60,000 bases of DNA from Lama guanicoe (taxonomy: Eukaryota): contig MU053379.1 of assembly GCA_013239625.1 (NCBI GenBank), forward strand, positions 4,485,229 to 4,545,228, in the 5' to 3' direction. Shown here one piece after another: positions 12,586 through 23,875 of this stretch. Under the pieces are notes generated by a model that was not told the DNA's origin, ran no database searches, and saw only the letters and a list, made by a program, of their open reading frames with translations. Within the stretch, counting starts at the first letter, position 1, and each line of letters begins with the position of its first letter. The translations under genes were made by a program, and so were the position numbers.

Positions 12586-12907
12586 CCCCTATTTCCACCC
12601 CATTTTCAGAGCCCCCAGGGAGAAGGTGGGTCCCTGACCCAAAACAACACACACTCACACACATCACACACACACATTCACACACTCACACACACACATC
12701 ACACACTCACACACATCACACAGTCACACACACACACTCACACACACTCACACACACACACACACAGAGGCCAGCTCGCCCTGCCCGTGGCCTCACCAAG
12801 CCCCTATTTCCACCCCATTTTCAGAGCCCCCAGGGAGAAGGTGAGTCCCTGACCCAAAACAACACACACTCACACACATCACACAGTCACACACACACTC
12901 ACATACA

Positions 12908-12944
<37 letters not shown>

Positions 12945-12978
12945 GCCAGCTCGCCCTGCCCGTGGCCTCACCAAGCCC
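12586..12978 (+). repeat. Head-to-tail tandem duplication (215 bp + 175 bp), each unit containing a CA-rich microsatellite
   Basis: Unit 1 12586-12800 and unit 2 12801-12975 share cccctatttccaccccattttcagagcccccagggagaaggtg[g/a]gtccctgacccaaaacaac-(CA-rich)-gaggccagctcgccctgcccgtggcctcaccaag. Confidence 0.95.
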
Positions 12979-14726
12979 TTGGTCCAAGGTTGGCGGTGCA
13001 GCTGCTGCCAGGCTCCCTCCCGCTGGGTCACAGGCCCCCTGCCACAGTGACACATCCTGTGTCCTCTGAAGACTCAGACCCAGATGGTGAGGGACCTAGT
13101 TGGGAGACCCGAAAGGGGGTCTAGGACCAACCCAGGAACCCGGGAAGGAGACTGGGTCCAGGGCAGGCCCTCAGCCTCGGGCTCCCCTCCCTATTTCTTC
13201 CCACGGTTGTGGGCCACACGCCCTTGGTGCTCCGTTCCCAGCCAGACCCCCGGCCCGGCCCTGCTCCCCCCGCCCCCCCAGCAAACATCTCCCCAGTCTG
13301 GCCTCAGTGTCTGCTGGTTAAACGGGCAAATGGCCAGACCCAGGGCTCGGCCGGAGTGCATCTGACCCATGAGGTCGTCTAGGAAACAGGCCAGAGGGGC
13401 CCGGCACCCGCACCGGCTCTCACGCGTCCAGACGTGTGTCACCGCCACAGGCAGAGAGGCCAGCCCACGGGCTCCGTGTCCCCGCTCACTGCCCTTGTCT
13501 GCTTCTGACATCCCGGTCACTCCCAGACACCACCTGGTCATCGGGACCCACACCCAAGACGCGTGGCCAGGACGGGCCTGGAATTCACGTGAGATCGGCA
13601 CTGGGAGAGAAGCCTCTGGCCGGACTGACGTCACGTCCATCACATCCTGCCGTATAAGGTCCTCTGCCCGTCCTGCGCGGCCCAGCGAGGGGACCTTTCC
13701 ATGGCTGGCTTTCCAGTCGCGGCCCTTCCCATGATGTGCAGCTGTACTGTTTAAAGACGAGGACGTCTGCAGGGAGACGGGCCAGAGCAGGGGTGTCCAA
13801 AGCCTGGTCCCGTTCTCACAGGCCCCGGTCCCCTGGCAGGCGGCGCTAACTCTGCTCCTCAGAGCCCCTCCCAACGCCCAGCCCCGAGTGTCTCCTCTGC
13901 TCTCTGGAGCTGCCTCCTGCGAGGAGCCACGGGGCTTCGCCGAACCTTCAAAGATTCAGCTGAATCCCCCATGCCGGGTTGTGCGGGGTGGGTGGGCTGC
14001 CCTCCAGGATCTCTGAGGACACACAGGCCCAGGGCGACCGAAAAGGTCCTGAGAGACCCCAGGGGCAAAGATGGGGGCCGCCCACAGGGAAGGGGTCCCT
14101 GAAACGGGGCTTGACGCACAGGTGGGATTTGGGCTGGTGCAGGTGCAAGGGCGGCATGTGGCCCGGGGACGCTGAAGCCAGTGGGAAACTGCTGGGAGCA
14201 GAGGGGCCCGTCAGGTCCGGGACTGGGGACGGACTGTGTTCGCCAGAGAGCCCCCCTAACCGTGACCCGGGGGCGGAGGAGGCTGGACCCTGCTCCGGCT
14301 CTGAGGCGGCCATCTGTGTGCTCAGGGGACAGTCCGCCACCTTCGGGCAGGGTCCAGGGTGCCCCAGGGGAGACTGCAGAGCTGAGGGTGGCCTGGGGAC
14401 AGTGCCACCACTCTCCTGCCTCTGGGCTGGGACCTCCCGGCGCCCAGCTGGTCAGTGGGTGGCAGGAGCCTGGCCCCCTCCCTACAAGCTGCTCCAGGAG
14501 GGATGAAGACAGCCCCTCCTCTGGATGGGGGACGCCCCACAGACGTGCCCGGACGCCATGGCCCTGCAGCCGGCCCTCTGTCCAGGGGCACAGACGCAGC
14601 CCTGCGGCTTGTCTTTGCTCAAGTCCTGGTCATTTAGGGTGAGGAGCCCGCTCCTCCTTCCACGCTGAGAGCTCAGGCTTGGGCTGTGGTCGGGAAGGTG
14701 TGACCAAGAGAAGAAGCCCTGCTCCC

Positions 14727-14860
14727 CACACGCCACACACCACACACATGCACACACACCACACACATGCACACACTATACACATACACGCATAAACACA
14801 TACACGCACACCACACGCGCGCGCGCACACACGCGTTCACAAGCCGCACGCGCAGCGCGC
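14727..14860 (+). repeat. (CA)n/(CG)n alternating purine-pyrimidine tract
   Basis: cacacgccacacaccacacacatgcacac...cacacgcgcgcgcgcacacacgcg. Confidence 0.9.
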
Positions 14861-17800
14861 ACGGCCCCGTCACCCCGCGTCTGGCCATGCAGGGCCGCTG
14901 GAACCTCAGGCTCAGCCCAGCCGTTTGAAGCCTCTGGGGGGGGGGCATTAGGCTTGTTTACTTCCCTGTGTGTCTTCACGGAGCCCCGGGGACAAAGCCA
15001 GGGCCCCGGGACCTACCGCGGAGCTACATGCTCCCCCCAGCCCCCTGCTTTCTGAGCCCTGGCGCAGGAGCGTCCTCCCAGCAGGGAGGCTCGGCGGGGA
15101 GGCTGGGCCCGGAGGGCTGGACGGAAGGCCCGTACCCGGTAAAGCCGAGGCCTCACCTCTGCGAGCCGCCGTCAGCCAGGCCCAGGGCTCCCCGCACCCC
15201 CCCACTCCGCGGGCCTGACCTCGCCGTCCCGGGAGTCCGGTGACTCCCGCCTCCCATGCAGGGGAGGAGGCCGTGTCACCCGCGCCGGAGTCGATGGGCC
15301 GCACCGTGGGCCCCACGGCCCTGCCGCCCAGGACAGGGTCAGCTAAGCCCAGGGCGCGTCTGCGCCCTCCCCCTCCCTCGGGCGCCTTGTGCAAGACACA
15401 TGCCTTCAGACAAGAGGAGCTCACCGCCTCTCATGAGGCGGGTGGGCCACCTGCCTGGGACGCCAGCTGTCTGGGGCGGACGCCCACCGCAGCCCATCGC
15501 CTGCCAGCACCTTCCGTGATGGCCAGACGCTGAGCTCAGCCAGAAGGAGCCTGAGTGAGGTCTCAGGACCCCCAAAACACAATCGCGGGCTGTGTGGGCC
15601 CAGAGTGAAGTCGCCTCCCCACATTCCATCAGCTGTGAGGCCCAGAACCGCATGGTGGGGACCACACGGGCGCCAGCAGGGTCTGATGGTCCTTCTCTCA
15701 GCTCAGATCTCAAAGCAGACCCTACAGTCCATGGAGGGACCGAGGCCGGGGACGTTGTCGGGGGCCACTTGTCCTGAGGGAGGACGCAGACACCAGGGGA
15801 GACAGTCCCCCACCTCGGCTCCCCGGCAGGTCTAGTGAAGACCCTGGCCAGGGCCCGGGTGCACCCAGTGCCACGGACAGCTGGCCCCATCCCAGGAAGC
15901 ACCCCCCTCACTGTGCCTCGCCGTCTGACACGGCCCCCGTCCAGGGCGGAGGGAGCCTGCTCCGTCAGCGGGGCTGCTGTCCAGCCCGGGCAGACTCTGA
16001 GGTCACTTCCCTGGGACTGGCTGAGAACAGCAACTCTTAGTCAAAGTCACAGGCGGTGGTGTCCCAGACGTCACCCTGACGTCCGGGCCTCCCTGGGGAC
16101 AGGGCCTTCCGTGCAGGACAGCCCCCCGCCCAGGCACAGCACCTTGTCGGGTCTGACTAAACGCTTCCGAAGTTAGCCTTTGGAGGCACGTCTGGGTTAA
16201 CAAGCATTAATCATGTCCCTCTTAAGTAAAACAGTTGCGCCAACCTGTGTTTTCAGCTAGGGATAGGACCCAAGCGCTGGCCCACACAGAAGCCGCATTC
16301 GGTGAGTGCTAGGTTACTGTTTTGGAAAAGCTGCATGTTCTCAGGCCTCAACCCCAGGCCCCGGGCAGTGCCCCGGACCTGCCTACGGGGCGGGGGACGG
16401 GCGGGGGCAGCCCGGGAAGAGGGGTGCGGCGGATGTGGGGGGCCCTCAGCAGCTCAGCCCTCTGCCAGGATCCCTCCACAGGTGGCTTCCCCGCCCCTAA
16501 CCACACACAGAAAACACCTTGTTGTGGACACTTGAAGTCCACCCTAGAGTTCAAATGTTACGAAACTTTTCGTGGATGACTCAGGGATGTGAGCAGCACA
16601 AGGAAGAGCACGTGGCCCTGAGTCTCTGCTACTTGTGGTCAAGAGAGGACGCGCAGGAAGGCCCGGCCACCCCGCCGACACGCAGCTCCACCGACCCAGC
16701 AGCCATTTCTGTTTCAAGAAATCGCCAGAGTATTTCCTGGGTGGAAACACAGTTGAGCTGATCCAGAGCGACGGGGAGGGAGGAGCCCTGGGCGGCCTCC
16801 TGCTGCCTCTGATGCTGCTTCCAGCCCAAGTCCCCGCCCCGAGGAGGCAGGAGCAGGTCCAGAGGGCAGCAGGGAGGAGGCCAGCCCGCCAGGGCCTTCG
16901 GAGCACAGGGGACACGGCCGTTCGGAGACGCGCCCGCTTCACACCCAGGGCGGCCCCATCTTGTAACCCTTCTCGGTGGGGGAGACCAAACCCAGGGACC
17001 ACACGCCCCCACTGCCCCACCCCCGGCTGTGCCTCCTTGGGTAAGGAATCAGCTATTATAATTCTCCACCAGGTGTGGAAGCAATTCTGGAAAACCTGCT
17101 GTGCACCGGCGCCATCATTTGGGGACAACGCTAGGCAGGGGTGTTGAAAAATTGAGGGCATGCGCATTGCATCAGTGTCCAAAATTTGCCTTTGGCCATA
17201 TTTACATTTTAAAGAAGAAATGGAATCTAAAAAATAGAAATCACGTTTTTAAAATTGTTTTTTGGCAACGTTTCATTTTAATATCTGGGGCTGGAAGCTG
17301 TTAAGCTGTTGTCGCATTAAGAGTGACTACAGCTTGCGTGCGGGTGGTGTGTTACCCCGGACTTGGCCCTGGAGGCAGCCGCGCCTGCAGCCCGTGCAGA
17401 TGCGAGCTGGGTGGGAGGGAGCCCTGTGCTCCGAGGCTTCCAGGACAGGCTCTGGGGTGAGCAGTAGGTCCGTCCCAGTATTTGAACACCCGAAGCAGTT
17501 CTTTCCTTTGTTAACTAGCGAGGGTGAGGACAGAGAGAAGGGCTTCGTGTAGCATTTCCCCTCTTGGGCTGGAGTCCTCCGTGACCAGGAAACAGGAAGG
17601 GGGTGAGGCCTGTTTGGAGCCCGGGATGCAGAAGTGCGGGCAGGGGGCGGGGAAGGGGAGCCGCGAAGGGGCTCGCGAGGCCCCTCCTGGCCCAGGAAAG
17701 CAAGCCGCAGGGGTGTGGGGCACCGGCCTCGGGACAATAGGGGAACCCCTCCCAGGGCTGTTTCCCAAGGACAGTCTACCGTCCCCATTGTTGGCCTTTC

Positions 17801-18404
17801 CTCTGGGTGATGAGGCACAGAACGGGGCAGGGGTGCCCTGCGTCTTGTCACCAGTTTCAGTTTCCGGCCCGGGCACAGCAGCTCTTCCAACCGCAACGCG
17901 GGGGGCCTGGCGATGCTGGCCCGCCGGCCCCCCAGGGCTCAGCCCAGCCTCACGGGGAACACTCTGGGGTGTCTGCAGCGGAGGGGCAGGGTCTCTCTTC
18001 TCACGGCTTATTTCTGAAGCAGCTTGCCTGTGAAATTCAAACCAGAGAAGACTTCCTTCCTTGGCCGGGCATCCTGCCTTTGAAGGCGGCTGGTGGACAG
18101 ACGCCTTTGCCGCAGAGGGGAGCGTAAATGAGTCAGGAACAGGAACAAAAGTGGACGTCCATCCGTCGGCGAGACAGACACAGGCCCTTAATAAACGAAC
18201 AGGCTGTCGATGCAATGTGTTCACGTGTTGTGATGAATAAGGCTTCACACCACCTGAATTCCTCAGAACAAAGGGAGGCCCGGAGGGCGACCCCAGCGGC
18301 AGGACCTTCCTTCCCTCCTGTCCCCCCACCACCCTCAGGCCGTCCTCCTCGCTCCTCTCCCCAGTGTCTGTCCCCACACCTGGCGGGTCAACATCCAGCC
18401 CTCT

Positions 18405-18581
18405 GGGGGGAGGGTGTGGCTCAGGGGTAGAGCGCGTGCTGAGCACGCATGAGGTCCTGGGTTCAGTCCCAGTGCCACCATTAAACAATGAATGAGTCAA
18501 TCAATCCACCGATTGAATTCCCTCTCCCCAAATAAATAAAGACAATAAAATATTTTTAAAAAATAAAAAGCAAACAAAAAA
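18405..18581 (+). mobile_element. tRNA-Ala-derived camelid SINE (vic-1 type)
   Basis: ggggagggtgtggctcaggggtagagcgcgtgctgagcacgcatgaggtcctgggttcagtcccag (pol III A/B boxes), tRNA-unrelated segment and A-rich tail; ccctctgg occurs on both flanks. Confidence 0.9.
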
Positions 18582-18993
18582 GCCGTTGAACCCTCTGGAC
18601 CAAGCAAGGGCTGAGGCTGAGAGCTAACATCAGAATTCTCCTTCTGAGGCCTGTGGGGTGGGGAGAAGGGCGGGGGGCATAATTTGGAAATCTCATTGCT
18701 CGTGTGAGTAAATCTGGTTGCCACAGCAACAAGGAAAGGGAAGAAAAGTGCCAACCAGGGGGCACCCCGCACTCACAGAGACCCTTCCCCGGGGGCGGAG
18801 TTCCCTCTGGGACTTGGGAGGCTCTGCCCCGTCCCGAGTCTCCCCTTGCTCCCCACAGGGCTCAGGGCTGCGTGGGGGTCACTCCAGGGTATGACCACGA
18901 GGCTGTGTCACCCAGGAAGCATCCCAGCCTAACACCACCTCTGTGGCAGGGGCGGGGGGCAGGGGGACAGCTCACAAGCCAGCCCTGGGACAG

Positions 18994-19047
18994 GGGTGAG
19001 GGCTAGGGTTAGGGCTAGGGCTAGGGCTAGGGTTAGGGCTAGGGTTA
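18994..19047 (+). repeat. Short interstitial telomere-like array, GGG(C/T)TA hexamers
   Basis: gggtga gggcta gggtta gggcta gggcta gggcta gggtta gggcta gggtta: nine in-phase hexamers. Confidence 0.92.
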
Positions 19048-20829
19048 ACCTCCAGCCCCCGCTCTGCTTTCACAATCAGGGGTTCACTCTGTTCTGATAC
19101 CAGGGTCTCTGACCGAGGGGGAATTCCTCATGACTGTGCGGTTCAGAAGGTGTTGGGCAACCCCAGCACGTGAGCCCGAACACAGGAAGCGTCTGCCGAG
19201 GTGAGCACAGAGCAGGCCTTTGGCCTTAGAGGACACGGCCCTCAGCTTGAGATGCCGCCACCCCCGTGCCTAGCTCTCTCCCCGCTTCCCCTTACACAGG
19301 CCTCCCCTCCAACAAAGCCCCCGCGCACTGATCCCCGCTGCAGCATTGGCGCTGACAGGAGCCGCTGGGCTGGCTGGGGCAGCAGCCTGATAAACAGACC
19401 CTGAGACACCCGTACCCTCGAGCGGGGAGCGCCTCCTCCCAAGGCCTTCACAGCCCAGGCCGAGAGAGCTGGGAACGCACACTGCGCTGGTGCTAAAGCA
19501 GGGCGAACGGGCCTCCGGGGCTGCGGAGGAGGGGGTGGGCAGCCTCACAGCAGAAAAGAGCAAACTTGGGCCGTGAAGGGCGGGAGAGGAGAGGCCAGGC
19601 CAGTCCAGCCCTGCTGAAGGGCAGTCGGTGTAGAGGTGTCACCTTGGGATAAGTGAGGTCAGGCCCTGGCCTCTGACCTTCTGGAGGAAGGGGGCCATTT
19701 TGATCACCCCCAGCGCTGGAGCAGGTGGGCCCCCTTCCCTCTCTCGTAGCCTGTCTTGTTTCCCCTGCACGCGTCACGTCTGTAATTTGGAGTCACTGAT
19801 GCAGTTGCGTGTTGCGCGTCTGTCTCCACGACCAACAGCGTTTGTCACCATGAGCCTGAAACACCTGGGCTTCTGCCTGCCCCGCGGCCTCGCCTCACCG
19901 GCCCCACGGCCAACACGGAGAGGAGGGAGGTCGGGTCTCTCCCTGAACTGCCCAGGCGGATAGACCTGAACTCCCAGTGGCCCTGGCCTGCTCCTGGGGC
20001 AGAGCAGCCTGGCAGAAGCTGCAGCAGTTGGGGCACCAGGGCCCCAGCTCAGGAGATGTGCTTCGGCACCCCCCCACCAGGGACGGACCCTCTGCTGTGA
20101 ATGCCCTCAGCCCTCCTCCCCACCTGCCTCTGCAAGCTCCCACTGGCCCTTCCTCCCCTGGCTCCGACAGCACGGAAGGCTGAGCCTGGAGCAGAAAGGC
20201 ACTGGGAGGTGCCTGGGCCTCCGACTCGCAGGCAGAGGGGACCGTGCCCTCTGCTGGCTGGCCTGTGCAGAGCTGGACATCAGAAGAGGGGTCCTGAGCA
20301 TCTGTCTGCAAACCCGACTGGCTTAGAACCCCTGCTCGGGGCAGGCAGGGCAGCGGGCCGGCCGGCCACACATGGACTCACCGCACACGCCCCTCACCTC
20401 GTTAGTCTGGCATCACCTCTCTCACAAGCCTCAAAGGAGAAGCAACGCTGATCCTTTATAACCAGACTGCCGACATTTCCCAAAACGGCATCACCCAGCC
20501 CGTCTGACACTCTGTTACACACGGTGCTTTCCCAAAAGTAGATCCAGCCTTTAAAGGTCAACCTGAGCCCAGGGCGAACATTCAAAAGAAGCCATGAATC
20601 TGACAGCTGGTCCCCCGGGGGCTGCAGAAGTGTGGTGACCGCCTGCAGCCCCCAGCGGACAGCTGTGCAGGGAAGGCGGAACGGGCTGAGGGCGCCCATG
20701 GTGGGGACATCCATCTTTGGGGGTCGTCGTCCCCGGAGCATGGAGGGCAGCAGGGTGGGCCAGAGGTGACGAAAACGGGCCCAGGGACACAGTGACCTGG
20801 AGATTCAGCCCAGAGGCATGTTCGGTCCT

Positions 20830-20925
20830 GCTTTCCTCAAAGCCGTGAGTCTCAGCCGGTCTGCTCACCAGAATCACTGGCAAGTTTACAAAATGCTGGT
20901 GCCCGGGCCATGCCCCTAGAGGCTG
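20830..20925. mobile_element. MER5A-like hAT-Charlie fragment
   Basis: ccagaatcactggcaagtttacaaaatgctggtgcccgggccatgcccctagag resembles MER5A tcagaatcacctggagagcttgttaaaatgcagattcctgggccccaccccaga. Confidence 0.45.
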
Positions 20926-22463
20926 GTTTCTCAGGCCCGCAGCGCTGCCTGGGCCCACAGATTTCACCCAGATGATTTGAGGGCCCTGCCCCGGGAACCT
21001 AACGCTGCCTCTGACCGGGCTGGGTGACGCCTGCCGGCTGCACGTTACGGCCCCGCGGCCACAGGGACCATGGCCTCCCGCATCCACCGTGCACTCGACA
21101 GGACGCGGGGTCCCGTGCTTCTCTGCGCCATGCTCTGGAGCCCGTCTGGTGGCAGATAACGAGCTCCCCTCCTCCAGAATGGGGGAAGGAAGCTCAAGCG
21201 CATCCATCAGAGTCCTGCCCAGGGAGGCCGGTGAGCGGGGCTCCAGGGCCGCGTGGCCCCCACCCCCCTGCAGAGCGGGGCTGGCTGTGGGCCCCCACCG
21301 CCATCCTGGGCACCTGGCCCTGTGGAAACGCCTCCTTCCCCGACTGTCTGCAGGGTCAGAGGCCGCCTCCCCACCCTCCCTTCCCAGGTGGCGGCAGGCC
21401 TGCTGGTGGGCTGGGCCCCAGGTCGGACCCTGCAGCTCTCGTGTCCCCAGCTCAGGGCTTTTCCAGGGGAACCAGGACCCGCTGAGAGATGCAGCACACA
21501 CGCCTGGAACAGCTGATGGACGAGCGATCGCCCTTCATCCACTGGACCAGGTGTTCCGGTGCCGGCTTTCTGGCTTCTCCCCGGCTTGTCCGCTACCACC
21601 CACACCCTCTGCCCTCCCTCCCTGTGTGTCCCCTACTCCCACCCCATTCCACCCCCGTCCCAGGCCTTTCAAAGAGGGCTTCTTAAACTCGTATTCCAGC
21701 TGCCTTGGCCGCACGCTGAGGCTTTGAGGCGAGAGACTCAAATTTCTCATCAGAACCAGTCTGCGGTGGCCCCTGGCACACAAGGGCAGGGGCTGCATCC
21801 CCTGTCACCCGGGCCCCCACCTCCTCCCCGGGGACCGCATGCCTCCGGCTCCTCCGCACACAGACCCCCGCCGAGAGTCGGGGCCAGGCCACCCCCAGCC
21901 TCTCCGTGGCCGCACTCAGCGGAGGTGAGCTGCCGGCTCAGGAAGAGGCCGGCGTCTGGGCCGCCGCCTGCTTCCGGAAGACCCGCATGCCGTGTTCCGT
22001 GCGCTTCAGAACAATGTCTGGAAGCGGCTCTTTACTTTCTCAAGGGCACTTACGCTCCTGAACTTCAACAGCGCGGAAAACTTTACTCAGCACCAAAGGA
22101 TGCCGGACACGGGGGCTTGAGGGCCGGGTCCATGACGACGCGGTGGTTTTACCTCTGGACGTGGGAGGCTCTGAAGGATGGTGGCCACGTGTGTCCGGGT
22201 GCTGACTGGGGCCGCAGAGACCACAGACAGAGTCCCCGAGCCCAGGGGATTGTGCTCGGCAGGGGTGCAGACAACAAACCAAACACGACCGAACGGGGAG
22301 AAGCCGGATGGCGGCGATGGGACTGCGCTGGGAGGCAGGGGTGCCAGGGAGACGGGGCGGCCCCTGCCCCGCAGCCGGGGGGCTCGGCTGCAGAGACCCT
22401 GGGCAGGGCTTCTGTGGTCGGGGGGAGATGAGGCCAAAAGGGTCCTCCTGGGGTGGGTGGTTG

Positions 22464-23000
22464 CTTTATTTTATTTTGCAACTAACTTTTCAGCTTCACA
22501 GAGGTTCTATATACACACAATAAAATATACCTTACAGTGAACTGAAGGGGCAAAACCCACAAGGGGACCAGCAAGACCTCCCAGGCAGGGCCATTGCCTT
22601 CCTGCTTCCGCGCTTCTGTAAAACGGCTTGCTTCTGGGAAAATGAAACTTACCCCTAAAATTCCATGGGTTCCCAAAAGCTCACTCCTGATTGGTCCATT
22701 TCTAACACCTCATTTGCATATGGCACAGACTTAATCAAAATCCAAAAACCTATAAAAGCCTGTACGAACCTACAGTCAGGGTCCAGAGCTTGGAGTGTGA
22801 ACCCCTCTGGGCCTGCTGGCGTAATAAACCTGAGTTCTCCGGCCCTCCACGTGTCACTTGGTCTCTCGACGGGATCCAGGTTGCTGTCACAGCACAATTC
22901 AGTAGTTCTGACAAGCTTATGCTTTGGTGTAACGCCCAGCCTAATTAAGATACTGACTGTGTCTATCACAGCCAGAAGTCCCCCATGTTCCCTCAGAACC
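22464..23000 (-). mobile_element. Antisense L1MB-type 3' end, split by an LTR insertion
   Basis: Joining the flanks gives ...acaataaaatataccttacagtgaac|aattcagtagttctgacaag..., matching L1MB acaataaaattcacccatttaaagtgtacaattcaatggtttt. Confidence 0.75.
22543..22891 (+). mobile_element. ERV1-class solo LTR (349 bp)
   Basis: TG...CA termini (tgaagggg...gtcaca); 4-bp TSD gaac/gcac; ATTGG 22690, octamer ATTTGCAT 22712-22719, TATAAAA 22751-22757 and AATAAA 22823-22828 in U3-R-U5 order. Confidence 0.88.
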
Positions 23001-23494
23001 ATCCAAGACCCCCCGACCAGGAAACCACTCATCTGAACAGAAACTGGGCCCAGTGAAAATGAATCTTAGTGCGACACAGAGGCATGAGTGGGTGACCATG
23101 GGGAGGGGACAGGATCTCAAGCAAAGCAGGTGAGGAGGGAAAGGTGATGGCAGGTGGAGGAGGTGGCGGGAAGAGGAAGTTCCAGTGGCAGGAAACGGCA
23201 TGGAATCGGGGCCCAGGGAGGAGGCGGGGTGAGGAAGGGCGGAGCTCCCAACCTCAGACACAGCAGGCGGGAGATGCTCTGAGCCCTCCAGCCACGCCAG
23301 GGTACCGCCTCCAGAAGTCCCCGAGGCATCTCAAGGTTATAAATACTGACTTTTCCTTCTCAATAAAAGCGACTTCTTTGGTATATAGCCAGTACGTCGG
23401 CTCATGCCCCAAGTCCCCCCGGCTGCCTAAGATTTATGCCCCTCCCCCCGAGTCTGCAATTAGATCCCCGCTCTGAGTTCTGCTCCTGAGAACC

Positions 23495-23720
23495 CGGCTT
23501 CCCTCATTACTCCTCTTTATTCTGCAAATATGACGGAGCGCCAGCTGCGCACCAGACGTGGTCCAAACAGCAACAATAAATGGCAGAGAATGTCTGCCCT
23601 CACGGGGACAGAGGAGGAGACAGACAGACAGCAAACAACCAAACCAAGCAGAATGGATTCAGTGTCGCGTGGTGAGAAGTGTTGAGAGGAAACCCAGTGT
23701 GCCTGCAGAGGGAGCATAAG
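23495..23720 (-). mobile_element. L2 LINE 3' end, antisense
   Basis: tttattctgcaaatatgacggagcgccagctgcgcaccagac...tctgccctcacgggg...gagacagacagac matches antisense L2 (ttcaacaaatatttattgagcacctactatgtgccagg...ccctgccctcatggag). Confidence 0.65.
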
Positions 23721-23737
23721 AGATGGAGCTCATAGCC

Positions 23738-23875
23738 ACCCCTCCCCCTCCCCTCCCCTTCCTCNNNNNNNNNNNNNNNNNNNNCTTCCTCCCTCCCCTC
23801 TCCTCCCTCCCCTTCCTCCCTCCCTTCCTCCCTGTCCCTTAGACTCCAAGCCTCTGCCCCCTCCCTCCCTCCTGT
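23738..23875 (+). repeat. C/T-rich low-complexity tract with a 20-N gap (23765-23784)
   Basis: ccctcccctcccctcccctt...cttcctccctcccctctcc. Confidence 0.9.

Noticed and set aside
15866..15885. RE1/REST-like motif cagtgccacggacagct
   Set aside because: Two mismatches in the conserved CAGCACC left half; too weak without ChIP data.
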